Positions 1 through 14,679 of a DNA stretch of 64,000 nt are shown piece after piece. Position 1 is the first letter of the stretch, and each line of letters begins with the position of its first letter. The notes below the pieces were generated by a model that did not search any database, was not told the DNA's origin, and saw only the letters and a program-made list of their open reading frames with translations. Position numbers and translations under genes: made by a program. The stretch is taken from contig OX597816.1 in NCBI GenBank assembly GCA_951406725.2, positions 84,630,001-84,694,000 on the forward strand. The letters run 5' to 3'. The stretch is from Octopus vulgaris (taxonomy: Eukaryota).

Positions 1-49
<49 letters not shown>

Positions 50-50
50 G

Positions 51-92
<42 letters not shown>

Positions 93-260
93 GTAGTAGT
101 AGTAGTAGTAGTAGTAGTGATAGTGTTTTTGTTTTTGTTATTGTTGCTGGAGGTAGTGGTGTTATTATTATTCTTCATTTTGTTGTTATTGCTGGTGTTG
201 TTGTTGTTACAGTTATTGTTATTGGTATTGTTGTTTTTCATGTTCTGGTTATTTTAGATG
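1..260. repeat. (ATT)n/(AGT)n/(GTT)n compound trinucleotide microsatellite
   Basis: Direct tandem repeats; source of the poly-Leu/Val ORF. Confidence 0.95.
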
Positions 261-488
261 CTGTTCTTTTTTTTTTTAATCCTTTATTGTTGTCCGCTTT
301 CAAGTCATATTTTGTTGCTTCTTTTTTGTTTGTTTTTTTTTTTTTTTGCTACTGCCGTTATTGTTATCACACTTTTCACTGGTATTTGTTTTTTTATTCT
401 ATTGTAATACTACACGCATCTCTACGTGTTTCAGACAGTATGTGTTTGTATTGATTTAGTTATATTGCTGTTGTTGTTGTCGTCGTCG

Positions 489-525
<37 letters not shown>

Positions 526-769
526 AGGCTGTGCTCGAGTATTTTTTTTAATGTTAGATGTATTTGTCTCGTATCATCAAGCAAAACTGTTTATTCTATG
601 ATATGCCGATACGTGTAATGTCTAACTCATACAGCACCTGCAAGTACGATCCTCCTTATTACTCTTCATACCTAATCCTGATATCATTATAAAGATCGAT
701 TCGACTTTTTATTCCACATATTTATTTTATTTCTAGGTTTCCGAAGTGAAGAAGGAACCTCTACATGTT

Positions 770-970
770 CTCCCGATCTGCTAGAAATAGTCGCCGAATC
801 TCCCTCAAATGACGACCTACCATCTTAAAAACAATAATGAATCTCGCCTTGGACAATGTATTTCTACAAACACTATATATAATGAAAAGAGTGGACGGTC
901 AAAGCATGATATAGCTTCAGTCATAGGTCTGCTGGGTCAGGATTGAAACGAAGCTTGATAATGGCACAAC
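770..970 (+). mobile_element. Degenerate interspersed repeat ('family C', tgctagaaatagcagccaaatctccctcaaat...)
   Basis: Diverged copies recur at ~26600-26720(-), 40270-40480(+), 46320-46500(-) and 47050-47230(+). Confidence 0.6.
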
Positions 971-1049
971 ACCTGTCTTTATAATTTGTTTCATTTCACA
1001 TTTATTTCTTCATTCAACTCAATCTTTCTCTTATTGAATCAATATTTGT

Positions 1050-1545
1050 ATATTTGTTCTTAACACGTCTAGGAGGGTTCTGTATTCAGACGACCTCATC
1101 CAGTGTGGCCCAATAAGTCCAACGGCAAAGAGGTGAAAACCCGTCTCTGTATGTCCCTTGTAGTGCTTATTGCTATCTATGCGTGCGAGACGTGGAAAAG
1201 CACAGCTAGCATCACCAACAAATTGGGCGTCTTCCATAGGCGATGCTAATGAAGATGTCATGGGGGCTTCTCTCAAACACCGTCAAGAAGCGAAGATTGC
1301 GATTCATTGGACATATAATACGTCTATCGGAACATAGCTTGCCACACACTTCATTGACATGGACACCGGCTGGGAACAAACGAGGGAGAGGAAGACCACT
1401 CCAAAACTGGCGCAGTACTCTCCGCGAGGGCTTACAGAAACTTCAGTCGACCTGGACTGATATAGAAGCGGCTGCAGCAGAGCGCACCCGGTGAAGGCAA
1501 CTCTTGGCGAAATTTTCAGGGGGAACTGAAACCAAGAAGACAGAG
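1050..1545 (+). mobile_element. RTE-clade LINE ORF2 C-terminal remnant
   Basis: IYACETW followed by RRLRFIGHIIR...LTWTPAGNKRGRGRPLQNWR...ERTR, typical of RTE-type ORF2 ends; frameshifted. Confidence 0.8.
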
Positions 1546-1944
1546 CAGGTTCAGACATAAAACATGCTGGATGTTGTAGTGTATGTCTAAAGAGAATAAC
1601 TTATCCCATTTAGACAACAGCTGTTCAGCACACTCATCTCATTGGTGCACGGTGGTCGGGGACACGGGTATTCTGTTATGTTATGTCTCGTCAGCTAGAA
1701 GTTACCAGGACTTTGGGACTAACAAAAATCATTGACTTTGTTTATGCCTTTAGCGAACAGAATTGTTTGAACGATGCTTTTATCTGCCAATCGATGAAAA
1801 ATCGCTGATCGCACCGTCTACGGCGAGCTCATAAAGGAAAACACCTTTGTCTAACAGAAAGAAATTCTTCACCTAGAACATACCCTAGAGCTCCCAACGT
1901 ATTTTACATTTGCCTGAACATATGAACAAGAAATACACAAGAAA

Positions 1945-2110
1945 TAGGCCAGGAGTGGCTGTGTGGGAAGTAGCTTGCTTACCAACCACGTGGTTCTAGG
2001 TTAAGTCCCACTACGTGGCATCTGGGGCAAGTGTCTTCTACTATAGCCTCAGACCGACCAAACCCTTGTGAGTGGATTTGGTAGACGGAAACCGAAAGAA
2101 GCCCGTGGTA

Positions 2111-2173
<63 letters not shown>

Positions 2174-2391
2174 GTTTGTGTGTTTGTGTGTGTGTGTATG
2201 TGTTTGTCCCCCCAACATCGCTTGACAACCGATGCTGGTGGGTTTACGTTCCCATAACTTAGCAGCTCGGTAAAAGAGACCGATAGAATAAGTACTAGGC
2301 TTACAAAGAATAAGTCCTGGGATCGATTTTCTCGACTAAAGGCGGTGCTCCAGCATGGCCGCAGTCAAATGACTGAAGCAAGTAAAAGAGA
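1945..2391 (+). mobile_element. tRNA-derived SINE family A with internal (TA)n/(TG)n tract
   Basis: Head ggagtggctgtgtgg..gcttgc..aaccac..ggttc; tail gcagtcaaatgactgaa.caagtaaaaga; near-identical to 4191-4601 and 52466-52850. Confidence 0.9.
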
Positions 2392-2736
2392 TATTCATTC
2401 CAGATCTCACTGTTGACGGTACAAACAACAATTTTGATCTTAGAGGTTTTTCTGTATTTCTGTATTGTTATAATTAACAGATTTTCATGATGTTCAAGAG
2501 TTTTAGACCGACTAGAGCTACAATAATGTTAATGGTCTGAAATTTTGGCAGAAGAAAGTGCTCATCAATTATTTCAACACCAGAGCTCAACTAGTGCTTA
2601 TTTTATCGACTACTAAAGGATGACAGGCAAAATCGACCTCTGTGGAATTTGAACTCAGTACATAAAGATGGAAGAAATTCCACTAAACATTTTGTCCTGC
2701 GTGCTAACGATCATGTCATTCGATTAATGTTCAAAA

Positions 2737-2967
2737 GGCGGCGAACTGGCAGACACGTTAGCACGCCGGGCGAAATGCGTAGCCGTATTTCGTCTGTCGT
2801 TACGTTCCGAGTTCAAATTCCGCCGAAGTCGACTTTGCCTTTCATCCTTTCGGGGTCGATAAATTAAGTACCAGCTACGCACTGGGGTCGATATAATCGA
2901 CTTAATCCCTTTGTCTGTCCTTGTTTGTCCCCTCTATGTTTAGCCCCTTGTGGGCAATAAAGAAATA
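2737..2967 (+). mobile_element. SINE family B (ggcggcgagctggcaga...gagttcaaattccgcc), full copy with ~25-bp TSD
   Basis: B-box-like gagttcaaattcc; flanked by catgtcattcgattaatgttcaaaa (2712-2736) and catgccattcgattaatgttcaaaa (2968-2992). Confidence 0.9.
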
Positions 2968-3672
2968 CATGCCATTCGATTAATGTTCAAAATTATACTA
3001 TGCATTATCAACAAGAGTCGTGATTGAGAGAATATGTAAATTATGTGGGTTGTCGGCGGAGGAATGTCACTGAAGATTGCGTTTTGCATCAAAATGAGTC
3101 AGGTTGTCTGAACCGATTCTTGTTCACCTAATAGCTACGTAGTGATGAATTAAACTTAGCTAACGAACAACTCGTTAATTTATAAATTGTAAAAGAGGAA
3201 AGATTTAATCAGCTACCTCATAAGTAACGAGATTGTAAAGAAAACAAAATGAGAGACCGTTTTGTTTTATTAACTACTTCTATAAAATCATTTAATCTTT
3301 AAATGCTAGGGCCTTACAAACCGTTATATTGTCCCACAGACGGGCGTTATTGCAAGGAAGTTAGTTCCAAAATGATCGGTTTTCGGTTTTCTCGCTGATA
3401 TTTTCCAAACTTCGCCGATACACGTCTGCGAAAAACATACGAAGACACGTCAGCGCACATGCTCGCGCATGCACATATGCGCGCGCTTACACAGACACAC
3501 GCGTGCCCGCACGGACGCACACACAAACACAGAAATACATATACTGTGTGTGTATTTGTGCTTACAGAGAGACAAAGAAGGGGAAGGAGACAGAGGAATA
3601 GATAGATAAGCTGAGTAGACTATTCCACTTTCTTTCTCTATCTCGCTTTCTCTCTCTCTCTCTGTCTGTCTC

Positions 3673-3724
<52 letters not shown>

Positions 3725-4190
3725 GCTCTCGCGCTCTCTATCCGTCTATACATACATACATATATACATTTGCGAGTGTATGTATATATAACAACACAAA
3801 CACACACACACACATTAATGACGGATTTTCGTACAGATTCCGTTTACCAAATTCTGCGAAGAAGGTATTCGTCACAGTCCTAGAAACCTGCCCCGGATGC
3901 TATTGTCGTGACCGGATCTCTGATCTTCGGAGTTATGAAGCAATTATTTTTTTAAAGTTACTCTCTCTTCCCACCACTTTATCAACGAACCTTTCATTCT
4001 TAATGTTTTTCTCTTATCCAAGGCAATTCTGTTTCTTCTATTCACAAATTGTTCCTTACTAGGGTATTTGATGTTTGATTAGTGTACTGCATTTCCTTTT
4101 TAACTACATAAATTTGGACTCGCCAGATTCCGTTCCGATATCCATAGTATATTCGGCGATGATGTATTCAATAATTTCTTGAAATTACAC

Positions 4191-4364
4191 ATAGGCGCAG
4201 GAGTGGCCGTGTGGTAAGTAGCTTGCTAACCAACCACATGGTTCCGGGTTCAGTCCCACTGCGTGGCATCTTGGGCAAGTGTCTTCTGCTATAGCCCCGG
4301 GCCGACCAATGCCTTGTGAGTGGATTTGGTAGACGGAAACTGAAAGAAGCCTGTCGTATATATG

Positions 4365-4397
<33 letters not shown>

Positions 4398-4601
4398 TTG
4401 TGTGTCTGTGTTTGTTCCCCTAGCATTGCTTGACAACCGATGCTGGTATGTTTACGTCCCCGTCACTTAGCGGTTCGGCAAAAAGAGACTGATAGAATAA
4501 GTACTGGGCTTACAAAAAGAATAAGTCCCGGGGTCGATTTGCTCGACTAAAGGCGGTGCTCCAGCATGGCCGCAGTCAAATGACTGAAACAAGTAAAAGA
4601 G
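4191..4601 (+). mobile_element. SINE family A, full-length copy
   Basis: High identity to 1945-2391 over the whole length. Confidence 0.92.
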
Positions 4602-6054
4602 TATACTCAGCTCACATAGTCTGAAACCGTCATAAGCAGTGACGAAATAACAAGTGCAGTGTTGGCAAGATATCCAGCTGAAAACCTCTTTGATAGTATA
4701 TGTTTGATATCATATTTAATTAATTTGTTCTCAGTTCTGAAATGTGGTGTGCCACACCATTGTTACCTGCGTAATACTTGTTAGTCGTAGGTCTGAGACC
4801 TTGGTAAACCCTTATACTTAAATAATCCATCTTTGTGTATCTTGGATGTCTTTAGCCTGATCTACTCTGATGCAAGTATTGACGTCAAGTCATCTTCCTT
4901 CTTTTCCACTGGGCTCGAAGACAGTGTCCATGGTCCAAGGAAAGATCATGGACACTGCCTTTCCTCTAAAATAAAAAGATATAAAAAAAGAACTAGGAAA
5001 TATTTAGTAGTGTAGCGTCTCTGCACAAACTTTCTCAAGATTTCTTTTTCACCTTGTGCCATTTTATTAAGCAGCTCGGAAGATGACGACCTTAACGATA
5101 AGGCCCAGAAAATTATATTAATTCTTCCACAAGTTCGACAATTAGATATTTAATCAATAATAGTTGCAAGTGAGATAAACAAGTAAAGCTTTAGGAAAAA
5201 TACGCGAATAAATACTAATTACTAGTTGGAACACCGTGTTTTGTTGTGCAACCATAAATGTTTCTTAAGTCAATAGTGTGTCCTATCGCCGTAGCTGTTG
5301 TTGTTGTTGTTGTTAAACAACAAGACGGGTAAGGCTGATTAGGTGATGGTCTTGGGCTTAGGGGCGGGAGACCCCAGACCTTGGAAAACAAAACTTTGGT
5401 GGTTTTGTAGTCGAGGGCTCTTCGTTGACGCCCGACACCACAGGGAGGTGTCCTTCGAAGTCGCTGGAAATGGAGATCTCCAGGTCCAAATTCTTGAACG
5501 GCATCGCCTTGGCTGTGTGATTCAACTACATTTTAATGTTATCAAAGATTTTCTGTTGAAATTAGAGCCAACATTAAAAGTTACGACGCTTCGTATACGA
5601 ATACGTCTATGTAAAGAATGCGATCGAAGGTAGAAAAATAAGTAGGTAACGGCCGCATAGGCATATATCAGTTCTTGTACATATATATGCACAAGAACTA
5701 AACAAAATCAAAGGTAAAAAGATCTGTGAGGTTATGCTCACCTCTAAATATACGTAGGTGAATGATAAAAAAAGTTACTGTGTTAATAGTGTGTCCAAAT
5801 ATTAACCATGCATTTTACTTCTATATAAACATACGTACACGTATCTAGAAATAAAACTAGCGGAGTAAAAAAAATAACAGAAGCAAATAGATATAATCAA
5901 ATGTCGAGAAAATTCCCTTGAGCTGTGTCTATAAGGTTTATTATTAAGTGAGGTATTTTGACGTAAGTCACAGGCTACTAAATTATTATAATTCTCTTGT
6001 GTTGCAAAACAAGCTTCATTTAGATCTGATGAGCTATTATAAATAAACGCATCC

Positions 6055-6055
<1 letters not shown>

Positions 6056-6143
<88 letters not shown>

Positions 6144-6506
6144 TGTATGTATGCATGCATGCATGTATGTATGTATGTATGTATGTATGTATGTATGTAT
6201 GTATGTATGTATGTATGTATGTATGTATGTATGCATGTATGTATGTATGTATGTAAATATGTGTGTATGTGTGTGTGTGTGTGTGTGTGTGTAAAACTGA
6301 CAGGTACACACACTCACACATACAGATATATATTCATACATAAACACACACACATAGGTATATTATATAAACAACAAAATGTCTGACAGACACATACATA
6401 CATACATGCATACATACATACATGCATACATACATACATACATGCATGCATACATAGTACGTACGTAGGTAGATAGATAGGCAGACAAATAAATAGACAG
6501 ACAGGG

Positions 6507-6538
<32 letters not shown>

Positions 6539-6539
6539 T

Positions 6540-6586
<47 letters not shown>

Positions 6587-6590
6587 GAAA
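6056..6590. repeat. (TA)n/(TATG)n/(TG)n/(GATA)n compound microsatellite
   Basis: Direct tandem repeats. Confidence 0.95.
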
Positions 6591-7066
6591 AAGTTTACAT
6601 GTATCATACATACGAACCAAAACTTACACATAATTACACTCCGTTAAGAAGAGACGAGAAATTATCAAATAAGATAAGCAACATATATATTTTAGGATAG
6701 CAAGTAATATTATCATTATATACGTGTACACATATGCAAAAAATGAGTACCTCTATATGTAAATATTCGTATGTATGTATGTATGTATGTATGTATGTAT
6801 GTATGTATGTATGTATGTATGTATGTGCGTATGTACATGTGTTTGTATGTTTGTATATATATGTGTATATGTGAGTGTGCCATATATATATATGGCAAAT
6901 AAGAAATCAAGGTTAAACCACTTTTTTCCCGCCAATGTATAACACTCAATTGCGAGATTACCACGCAAGAACTAGCACTTGGGCATGAATAACTGGGTAC
7001 ACAACCAATAGTATATTGGATAGGTACTATCCCTTAGTTGGTTTCTTAAGCTCTAACTCACAGAGA

Positions 7067-7104
<38 letters not shown>

Positions 7105-7106
<2 letters not shown>

Positions 7107-8490
7107 CTAGCAAACGCCCCCACCCCCGTCCATTGGACAGTTTGTATAAGTGAAGAAGGTTAACTTGGACAGTGTTGAGTTGTGGTTTGGTGATTGCTTG
7201 GGATAGTTACTTTTGGTTAAGGCACTAAAGATTCATGAGTCGTTAAAACTGTTGACTGTTTCTTCTAAATAAGGAAAATTAATTGATAGTGAATCTTAAC
7301 ACAGTGAACCTTTTCAAAATTGTCATGAGGCCAATGAAATGAAGGAAAGCTGTTCAGCCCACAATTCATACAAATTCCTGTGGAATCGGACATTATAATT
7401 AGCCTTAAACTTTTAGCACTCAAATACTTTCACATTAGGATAAGCACAGTGTACTCTTCCATGGTACCTACCTCATGTTGACACCTATATGTCAAATTGA
7501 ATGCTGTTTTATTTCTAAAGTGAATATTTCAAGTGATATTTAAGCAATAAACAGTTCTTTGGCTTTTGCATTTGACGACTGTTGCTTTACGTATTTTCTT
7601 TCGATTTTCACTGGCGTAGTGATAAGAATTACGGGATAAGTAACATTAGTTTCGAATAAAAATATAAATTGAAGTTTTAATCACCCGAACCTGCTACGTA
7701 ATAAAGGTTGAAACTCGGAGTGAAATAACACAATGGTGCAATAAAATAACCTAAGGCATGTTCTTTGCAAATCAATTTTATCTCAAATATTGAACCATAC
7801 CGCTTATTTTTTAAAGCTGGATGAGAAACGTTGGGCAAGGTTTTAGATGTAAGCCCCCAAATTTTTCACGTTTTATAAGCATTCAATTAGACTTTTCTAC
7901 TATCAATTGAATTTTGTTGAGAATATCTTCAGAAAATTGAGTAATCACCAGTTATTTATTTGCTTTATTTTCACTTTTTGCTCACTTAAAGTAACTGCCT
8001 TTTCCTAGTAGTTTTTCATGTCAGCTGGCTTTATTGCACGAAAAACAGCCGTAAGAACACATTTGACCGCGAATGCACGTGGTTGATTACAGTTAATTAA
8101 AGTTAGAGTGATATCGATTTTTTTTAGCCGCTTACAAACGTGTGAAAACGCAAATATGAATACAGTTGTTCGTGGTCTAATATTTAAATCAAAATGAGAC
8201 TGTATTTACAAATAGCAAGTTTTATGTACATATATCTGTCATTTAAATGTGGAAACATAAAAATGAATTGTTTAAAACTCGGTTAATGAACAGGATGGCG
8301 GAAGAAACAGGACAAAATTATTACAAAAATAGCAATTCTCCCTTTGAAGCTAACAATTTTGAAAATCTTTATAGATTACGGAACGCTCCGCGCTCTGGTG
8401 TATCCATGTTTAAAATTTCAGCACAATTTGATGAACAATACTCGAGTTATAACCGCACAAAAACAGACAAACATTTAACATCCTGCTACT
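7105..8490 (+). mobile_element. Possible Helitron/Helentron-derived non-autonomous element
   Basis: Begins tactagc.. right after (TA)n and ends with aaaatttcagcac...gagttat..acagacaaac, resembling DINE-1/Lep1-type ends; no coding homology confirmed. Confidence 0.35.
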
Positions 8491-8507
8491 ATCATTGCGT
8501 TCCCGCA

Positions 8508-8583
8508 TTCTTCTTCTTCTTCTTCTTCTTCTTCTTCTTCTTCTTCTTCTTCTTCTTCTTCTTCTTCTTCTTCTCCTTCTTCT
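8508..8583. repeat. (CTT)n microsatellite
   Basis: Direct tandem repeat; source of the poly-F/E/R ORFs. Confidence 0.97.
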
Positions 8584-8786
8584 ATGCAAGAATTCACAAC
8601 GATCTTGAACCCATAAGAGTGAACAAGAGAGACAGAGACAGGCAGAAATAAGAAAAATGCCACTTTTTAGCATTTTCTACCTTGACTTTTTTAGTGTACT
8701 GTGAACTTTGCTGCAGAGAGGGGAGTGAAATAGTTGACAAGAGAAAAAAAAATGGTCGCAGCGTGGATGTAACACTTTTGTCAACT

Positions 8787-8822
8787 TTCCACTGAAGAAG
8801 GACAATGCCCGAAACGTTGGAT
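8787..8822 (+). ncRNA. Minimal type I hammerhead ribozyme-like motif (Penelope-type), partly degenerate
   Basis: ttcca CTGAAGA aggac-aat-gccc GAAAC GTT gga; core boxes present, stems imperfect. Confidence 0.55.
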
Positions 8823-8869
8823 TTTTCACTCCCACATCAAGTTCACTGTACTCTCTTTATCGAGTGTAC

Positions 8870-8907
<38 letters not shown>

Positions 8908-9021
8908 CACATACACACACTTACATCCAAGTATATCTGCATAACTGTCCGTTTTCTTTTCCTATTTCTTGTAAGTATGGGCGGTGTGTTACACCTGCTC
9001 TCTTTATATCTATATTTACCT

Positions 9022-9055
<34 letters not shown>

Positions 9056-9247
9056 CTGTCTCTCGCTCTTTCTCATTTTCCCTCTCTATCTCTCCTTCTG
9101 CTCTACATGCAAAGTTGCACACATACACACACACACACGAACACACATATAAATATAAACATATGTGCGCGCATACTTGTACGCATGCACATGTTGTATG
9201 TGTGCGAATGTGTACGTTATATATGTATCTATCTATCTATCTATCTA

Positions 9248-9292
<45 letters not shown>

Positions 9293-9825
9293 GTATAGAT
9301 ATAAGCGTATATACTTTCAGATATACGCGTCAATAATCAAAATGAGAAATAGCAAAATTTAGCAACAGAAATAAACAACCGAACGAAGAAAATACCATAA
9401 TCATCAACAACGGCTACACACACACAGATACTCACACACACACATACATGCAACAACAACACCAACAACAAAAACAACGCATACAAATAAGTATAAATAT
9501 AAAAAGCGAAACAATTACGAAGTTGAAATGAGAATTGCGAAAATATATAAATATACAAATAAGTAAATAAATAAATATACGGTAAATGATATGTGTTTTC
9601 TGTGTTTCGACATTGGCCAACATAATTAGCGACACATTCGTTGGAATGATGATGGAATCGGTAAAGAAATTCTCCTGTAATCTTTCTCATCTTTTACATT
9701 GTTAGTTCTGCATTATATTATATAGTTCAACTATTTCAAGACAGATTAGCGGAATTTGTATGCATGCGTGTGTGTGTGTGCGCGCGCGCCTGTGTATGTA
9801 TGAAAACTTCTATAGTATATATGCA

Positions 9826-10490
<665 letters not shown>

Positions 10491-10838
10491 GTTCTTTATA
10501 TTTATTAGTAAACCATCTTCAATGAGAAAGCTAGTTTCTGTTAAAGAAATAAGAACTCGCTCGTTGGTATTTGGATAACAGCAGCAATAGTTGTTACTTA
10601 TAAAACCTTAATAAAATCTTCCATATTTTTAGTGTTTTGTTTACAGATTGTATCTGTAATTTTCGTGATAGTCAGACTCCTTCTTTGCTTGAAAATCATA
10701 GCTTCCCTAGATTGTGGGAGAGGCGTTTACTAACATGATTGAATGCACCAATGACACAATGTTCCATCTTTGGAATGTAGATAAAAAAATGTCTCGTATT
10801 GAACTTGAAGAAAGTCTTGCATATTTTTACTGTTCTGT

Positions 10839-10958
10839 TTACGGATCATATGTGCGTGTTAGATTCTTAATTTTTTCTCGGAAAACTTTAACTTTTACTG
10901 GAAGTACCTCTCCATTCAGTAATCCAAAGGCTGAAGGACACGGGCTCATGTTAAGGGC
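10839..10958 (-). CDS. Candidate terminal coding exon of an unidentified gene (ALNMSPCPSAFGLLNGEVLPVKVKVFREKIKNLTRTYDP*)
   Basis: Acceptor ttttaagttttgcag, 39 open codons then TAA in non-repetitive sequence, AATAAA downstream at 10506-10501; no homology recognised. Confidence 0.3.
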   Translation of the reverse strand, partial: ALNMSPCPSAFGLLNGEVLPVKVKVFREKIKNLTRTYDP

Positions 10959-11025
10959 CTGCAAAACTTAAAATCGCACGGAACCGAATCAAACTGTTTG
11001 AAATAATATACATATATATATATGT

Positions 11026-11061
<36 letters not shown>

Positions 11062-11898
11062 TTATGTATGTATGTATGTATATATGCATGCATGTATGTA
11101 TATAAAAGTAAGCTATATCTTATCCACTCAAAAGTGTATGTCTCTACTGATCATATAATAAACGGGGCTTTTCTATCACTGGTTTTGGAGAAACAGGTGT
11201 TTGTACAGTTTAGATAACTAGTTGAAAATGTCTTAATTGTAAGCTAGACCAACACCAAATTTAATCTCAGTCTAACCTATGCTGTGTGGTTATCTATTAC
11301 CAACGAACATTCTATTGTGAACCTTGGAATACATCAAAACCAGCCTTGTACACAAAGAATGACATGACCTGAATTTGACACCTACTTATCCCTTTACTTC
11401 AAGGACTGACCGACCACCTCTCCGAAAAAAAAAATTCCTACTCAAACCAAAATAAATCGCTTCACCATACTTTCCTTTCATCTGACACCCTACAAACGCA
11501 TATTTTTTAGTTAAACTTTCTTCTGTATTAGACAACCACTTTTCCTGTCGACTTACACCATACATAATTAATATTCAAATAACTCCACCTACAGAAAAAA
11601 ATGTGAAAAATACATAATATCAAAAAGAGCCAAAATAAATCATTCTGTTGTAGGCGACCTGGTCGAAAATTCGAAGGCATTGTCAAATTTTTCCTTGTAA
11701 AAGTTAATATATACACAACATTATTCAATAATTTTTCAGGTTAATTTTAAATTACCAATTAAATCACCATAGTTTGACATAAAAGCGTAAACTAATATAT
11801 ATGTATGCATAGATGTAAATGCATATGTTCATCTACATATATGTATGCATTTATCTCCTTATATGTAAATGCATGTGTTCATATATATATATATATAT

Positions 11899-12880
11899 GG
11901 GCTTTAATATTACTTTCGATGATGATATAACTAAAGCCAACTTTTTGGGATATTACCCTTCACATATATAATGATTCATATTTCCCATACCATAAACCTT
12001 CAACTAATTTAAAATATATTAGTTCTTTCAGTTATCATCCAAAGGCTATTACAAGGAACCTAGTTAGAAATATTTCACCTAGACTTTCTAGATTATCTAC
12101 TAATGTTGATACCTTCAACGACAAGCCGAATTATATAACTGCCTTACTTAAAGCAGGCTGTATGAAAAAAATCACCCATATTAACACTATTGACATTAAT
12201 TCAGCCTCTATTAATCAGGACGGTAATAATACAAATTTTAGTTCGAATAACACTAAATCGAAAAACGTAATTTTGCAGCGTAAGGGAGATAACCGTTCTT
12301 TATATCCCCTTATACGTAATAAAAATAAGTCTACGACTTATTTTTAAGATAATTACTCTAATAATAAGGTGTGTCCTAGTAAAACTGTTTGGCCGATCAT
12401 TCGATAAGAAAAGCAGATCAAATCCAACCTCTCTTACCAGTTTCATGAAGCTATAGTTAAGAATTTTCCAAAGAATTCCAGATACCGTTCCATTATGAAT
12501 TCACACCGAATTAGGATAGGTTTTTCAAACACCAAAAACCTTTCACTAATCATCTCTTCGCATAACAGTAAGTTGTTAAATACAAATCTACTTAATGAAA
12601 ATAATAAGAATGATATTATTAACGCTAACCATCATGTGAACAATATTAACAACATTAATATCTCTGATATAAATTCGAATCCTATTCGTTTCCTTAGCAG
12701 TAATTCTAAGACTAGAAACTCTGTTTATCAATGTAAAATTACTTCCGGTTCTGATGTCTTTTTTTTAAATATATATATAAGTAGCTCTTGTAAACACGTT
12801 TATCGTTGTAAACATTGGCAAAAACATACCTTTAGTTCCTATAAGAAATTCTACCAATCTATAAAGTCCGGCCTTTAACT
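11899..12880 (+). mobile_element. Penelope-like element remnant (RT thumb, linker, start of GIY-YIG)
   Basis: With frameshifts: KANFLDITL..PYHKP..LKYI..SYHPKAI..RLSRLS; KNFPKNSRY..IRIGFSNTKNLSLIISSHNSKLL; NSVYQCKI; typical PLE motifs. Confidence 0.8.
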
Positions 12881-14679
12881 GTCTTACATTTCATTTCCAC
12901 TACATATGTCTATTTCCACATTTTAAAACTATTTTCTCATTCATTTATCACACTATATTTTCCCACTCTTAATTATCTGCTAATTTCTTTCTTTCCTCTC
13001 CTCTTTTACTTTATATATATATATATATGTACGAGGGTTTTGTCGCGAAAATAAAGAGATGTGGGTTCGAGTACAACGCGTAAGGGAAAACCTAAAACCT
13101 ACTTTGCCTCATTATTAGACTATTTTCTTTAGTCAATTTGCGGTGATCGCTTACAAGCATTAAGCTTATAAAATACTATTATTACTATTTGCGGAAGATA
13201 ATAATAATACTTTGTATTTTGTTTCCTCTGTGTGGCCAATAAAGAAATATATGTTTGTCTCTGTCTATATTTTTTCTTGTTTTTACGATCCCTTTTGATC
13301 GAACACCTATCCCCTTTTTTTCTTTTTTTTTTTCTCCCCAAAAAGAAAAGCTCTACTTTGTAATTTATCCGCTCTGTGTGGCTAATAAAGAAACATATCT
13401 ATCTGCTTGTTTCTGTCTGTCTGTTTGTCTATCTATCAGTGTGATATATATATATTTTGGGTTCAACATATTGCTGTTCTACACGCCGTCACACACGTTT
13501 TCACACACACACACACACACACGTATAGTCACGCCCATAGTTTTCTCTTTATTGACTTTGAAGCTTTGTTTCTTTACTCGATCTTCAACACACACATATA
13601 TAAGTGTTTGTGTGTGTGCGTGAGAGATAGAGAGAGAGAGACAGACAGACAGACAGAGAGAGTGGAGAGAAAGACAGAAAGCTAGACATACAGACAAAGA
13701 AAGAGAAAGTGTAGATAAATCTGAACTGTGTCTGAATAAATATAAGAACACGTCTGCATAGGTATGTAGTGTGCCTGTAACATTAGGTCGTCAGGTTAAG
13801 ACGAAAATTGTTCCCAGTGGTTTCGGTTCATCAGGATACACTCACCTATATCTCTGTAAGCGAAAGCTAGGAGTGACATGAGAAAATCTTGATGAATTAT
13901 TAAGTAACCAGCTGGTTCGCTCCTCATCTCGATATATTTTTGAGGCGCCTAATTTAGCAATATTACTGACACACACACAAAATTAGGCACTCATGCTTAT
14001 TTCATTCGAGCCGAATTTACTTTGTCTGTTTAACCTGCCACCTGTTTAACACCACCACCTGACCCGTAGGCACCGTTAGCGTCGGCTCTTCTGTTGAAAA
14101 CTATCAGTATAGTCGATAATTCCCCTTCCACCTGTTTCAAAAACCTTACAGAAGACCATGGTCGTTGATCTTCCATTTTTGATTAAGTTATTAAAAAAAT
14201 ACTCATGTGCTCCTTGAACGGTGTCTGCTCTTCCGAAAACGAAACTTCTGTGGTTTCCCCAAAAGTGCATTCAAATGGATTAATAAAATAGCTGAGAGCT
14301 TGGGTGTTTATACCTTGCATCAATACAAACGAGTGGCTATGGTATCCAGCACACAGAAATTTCAGATGATTCACACAATATCAAGAAATAGACGCATCGT
14401 AAAGGTTGGTGATAAAACTGCATCGTAGATTTAAATATTAAGATGTATGCTTCATCTCGAAATATGAGATTAATAGTTTGAAAAATGATATCTTTAGTAA
14501 TTAAATATTTACTACACATTTAATCGTGTAAAATATGTACTGTCGGATACTGAGAAATTCCTGCTATAATCTGTGATAGTACAGACAAAAAGACAAATTA
14601 ATTTGGAGCTTAAATCCTACTGTTAATTCAGCTTAGAAATTAATAGGATGGTTATCCAAATGCAATTACTTCTCAGAAA

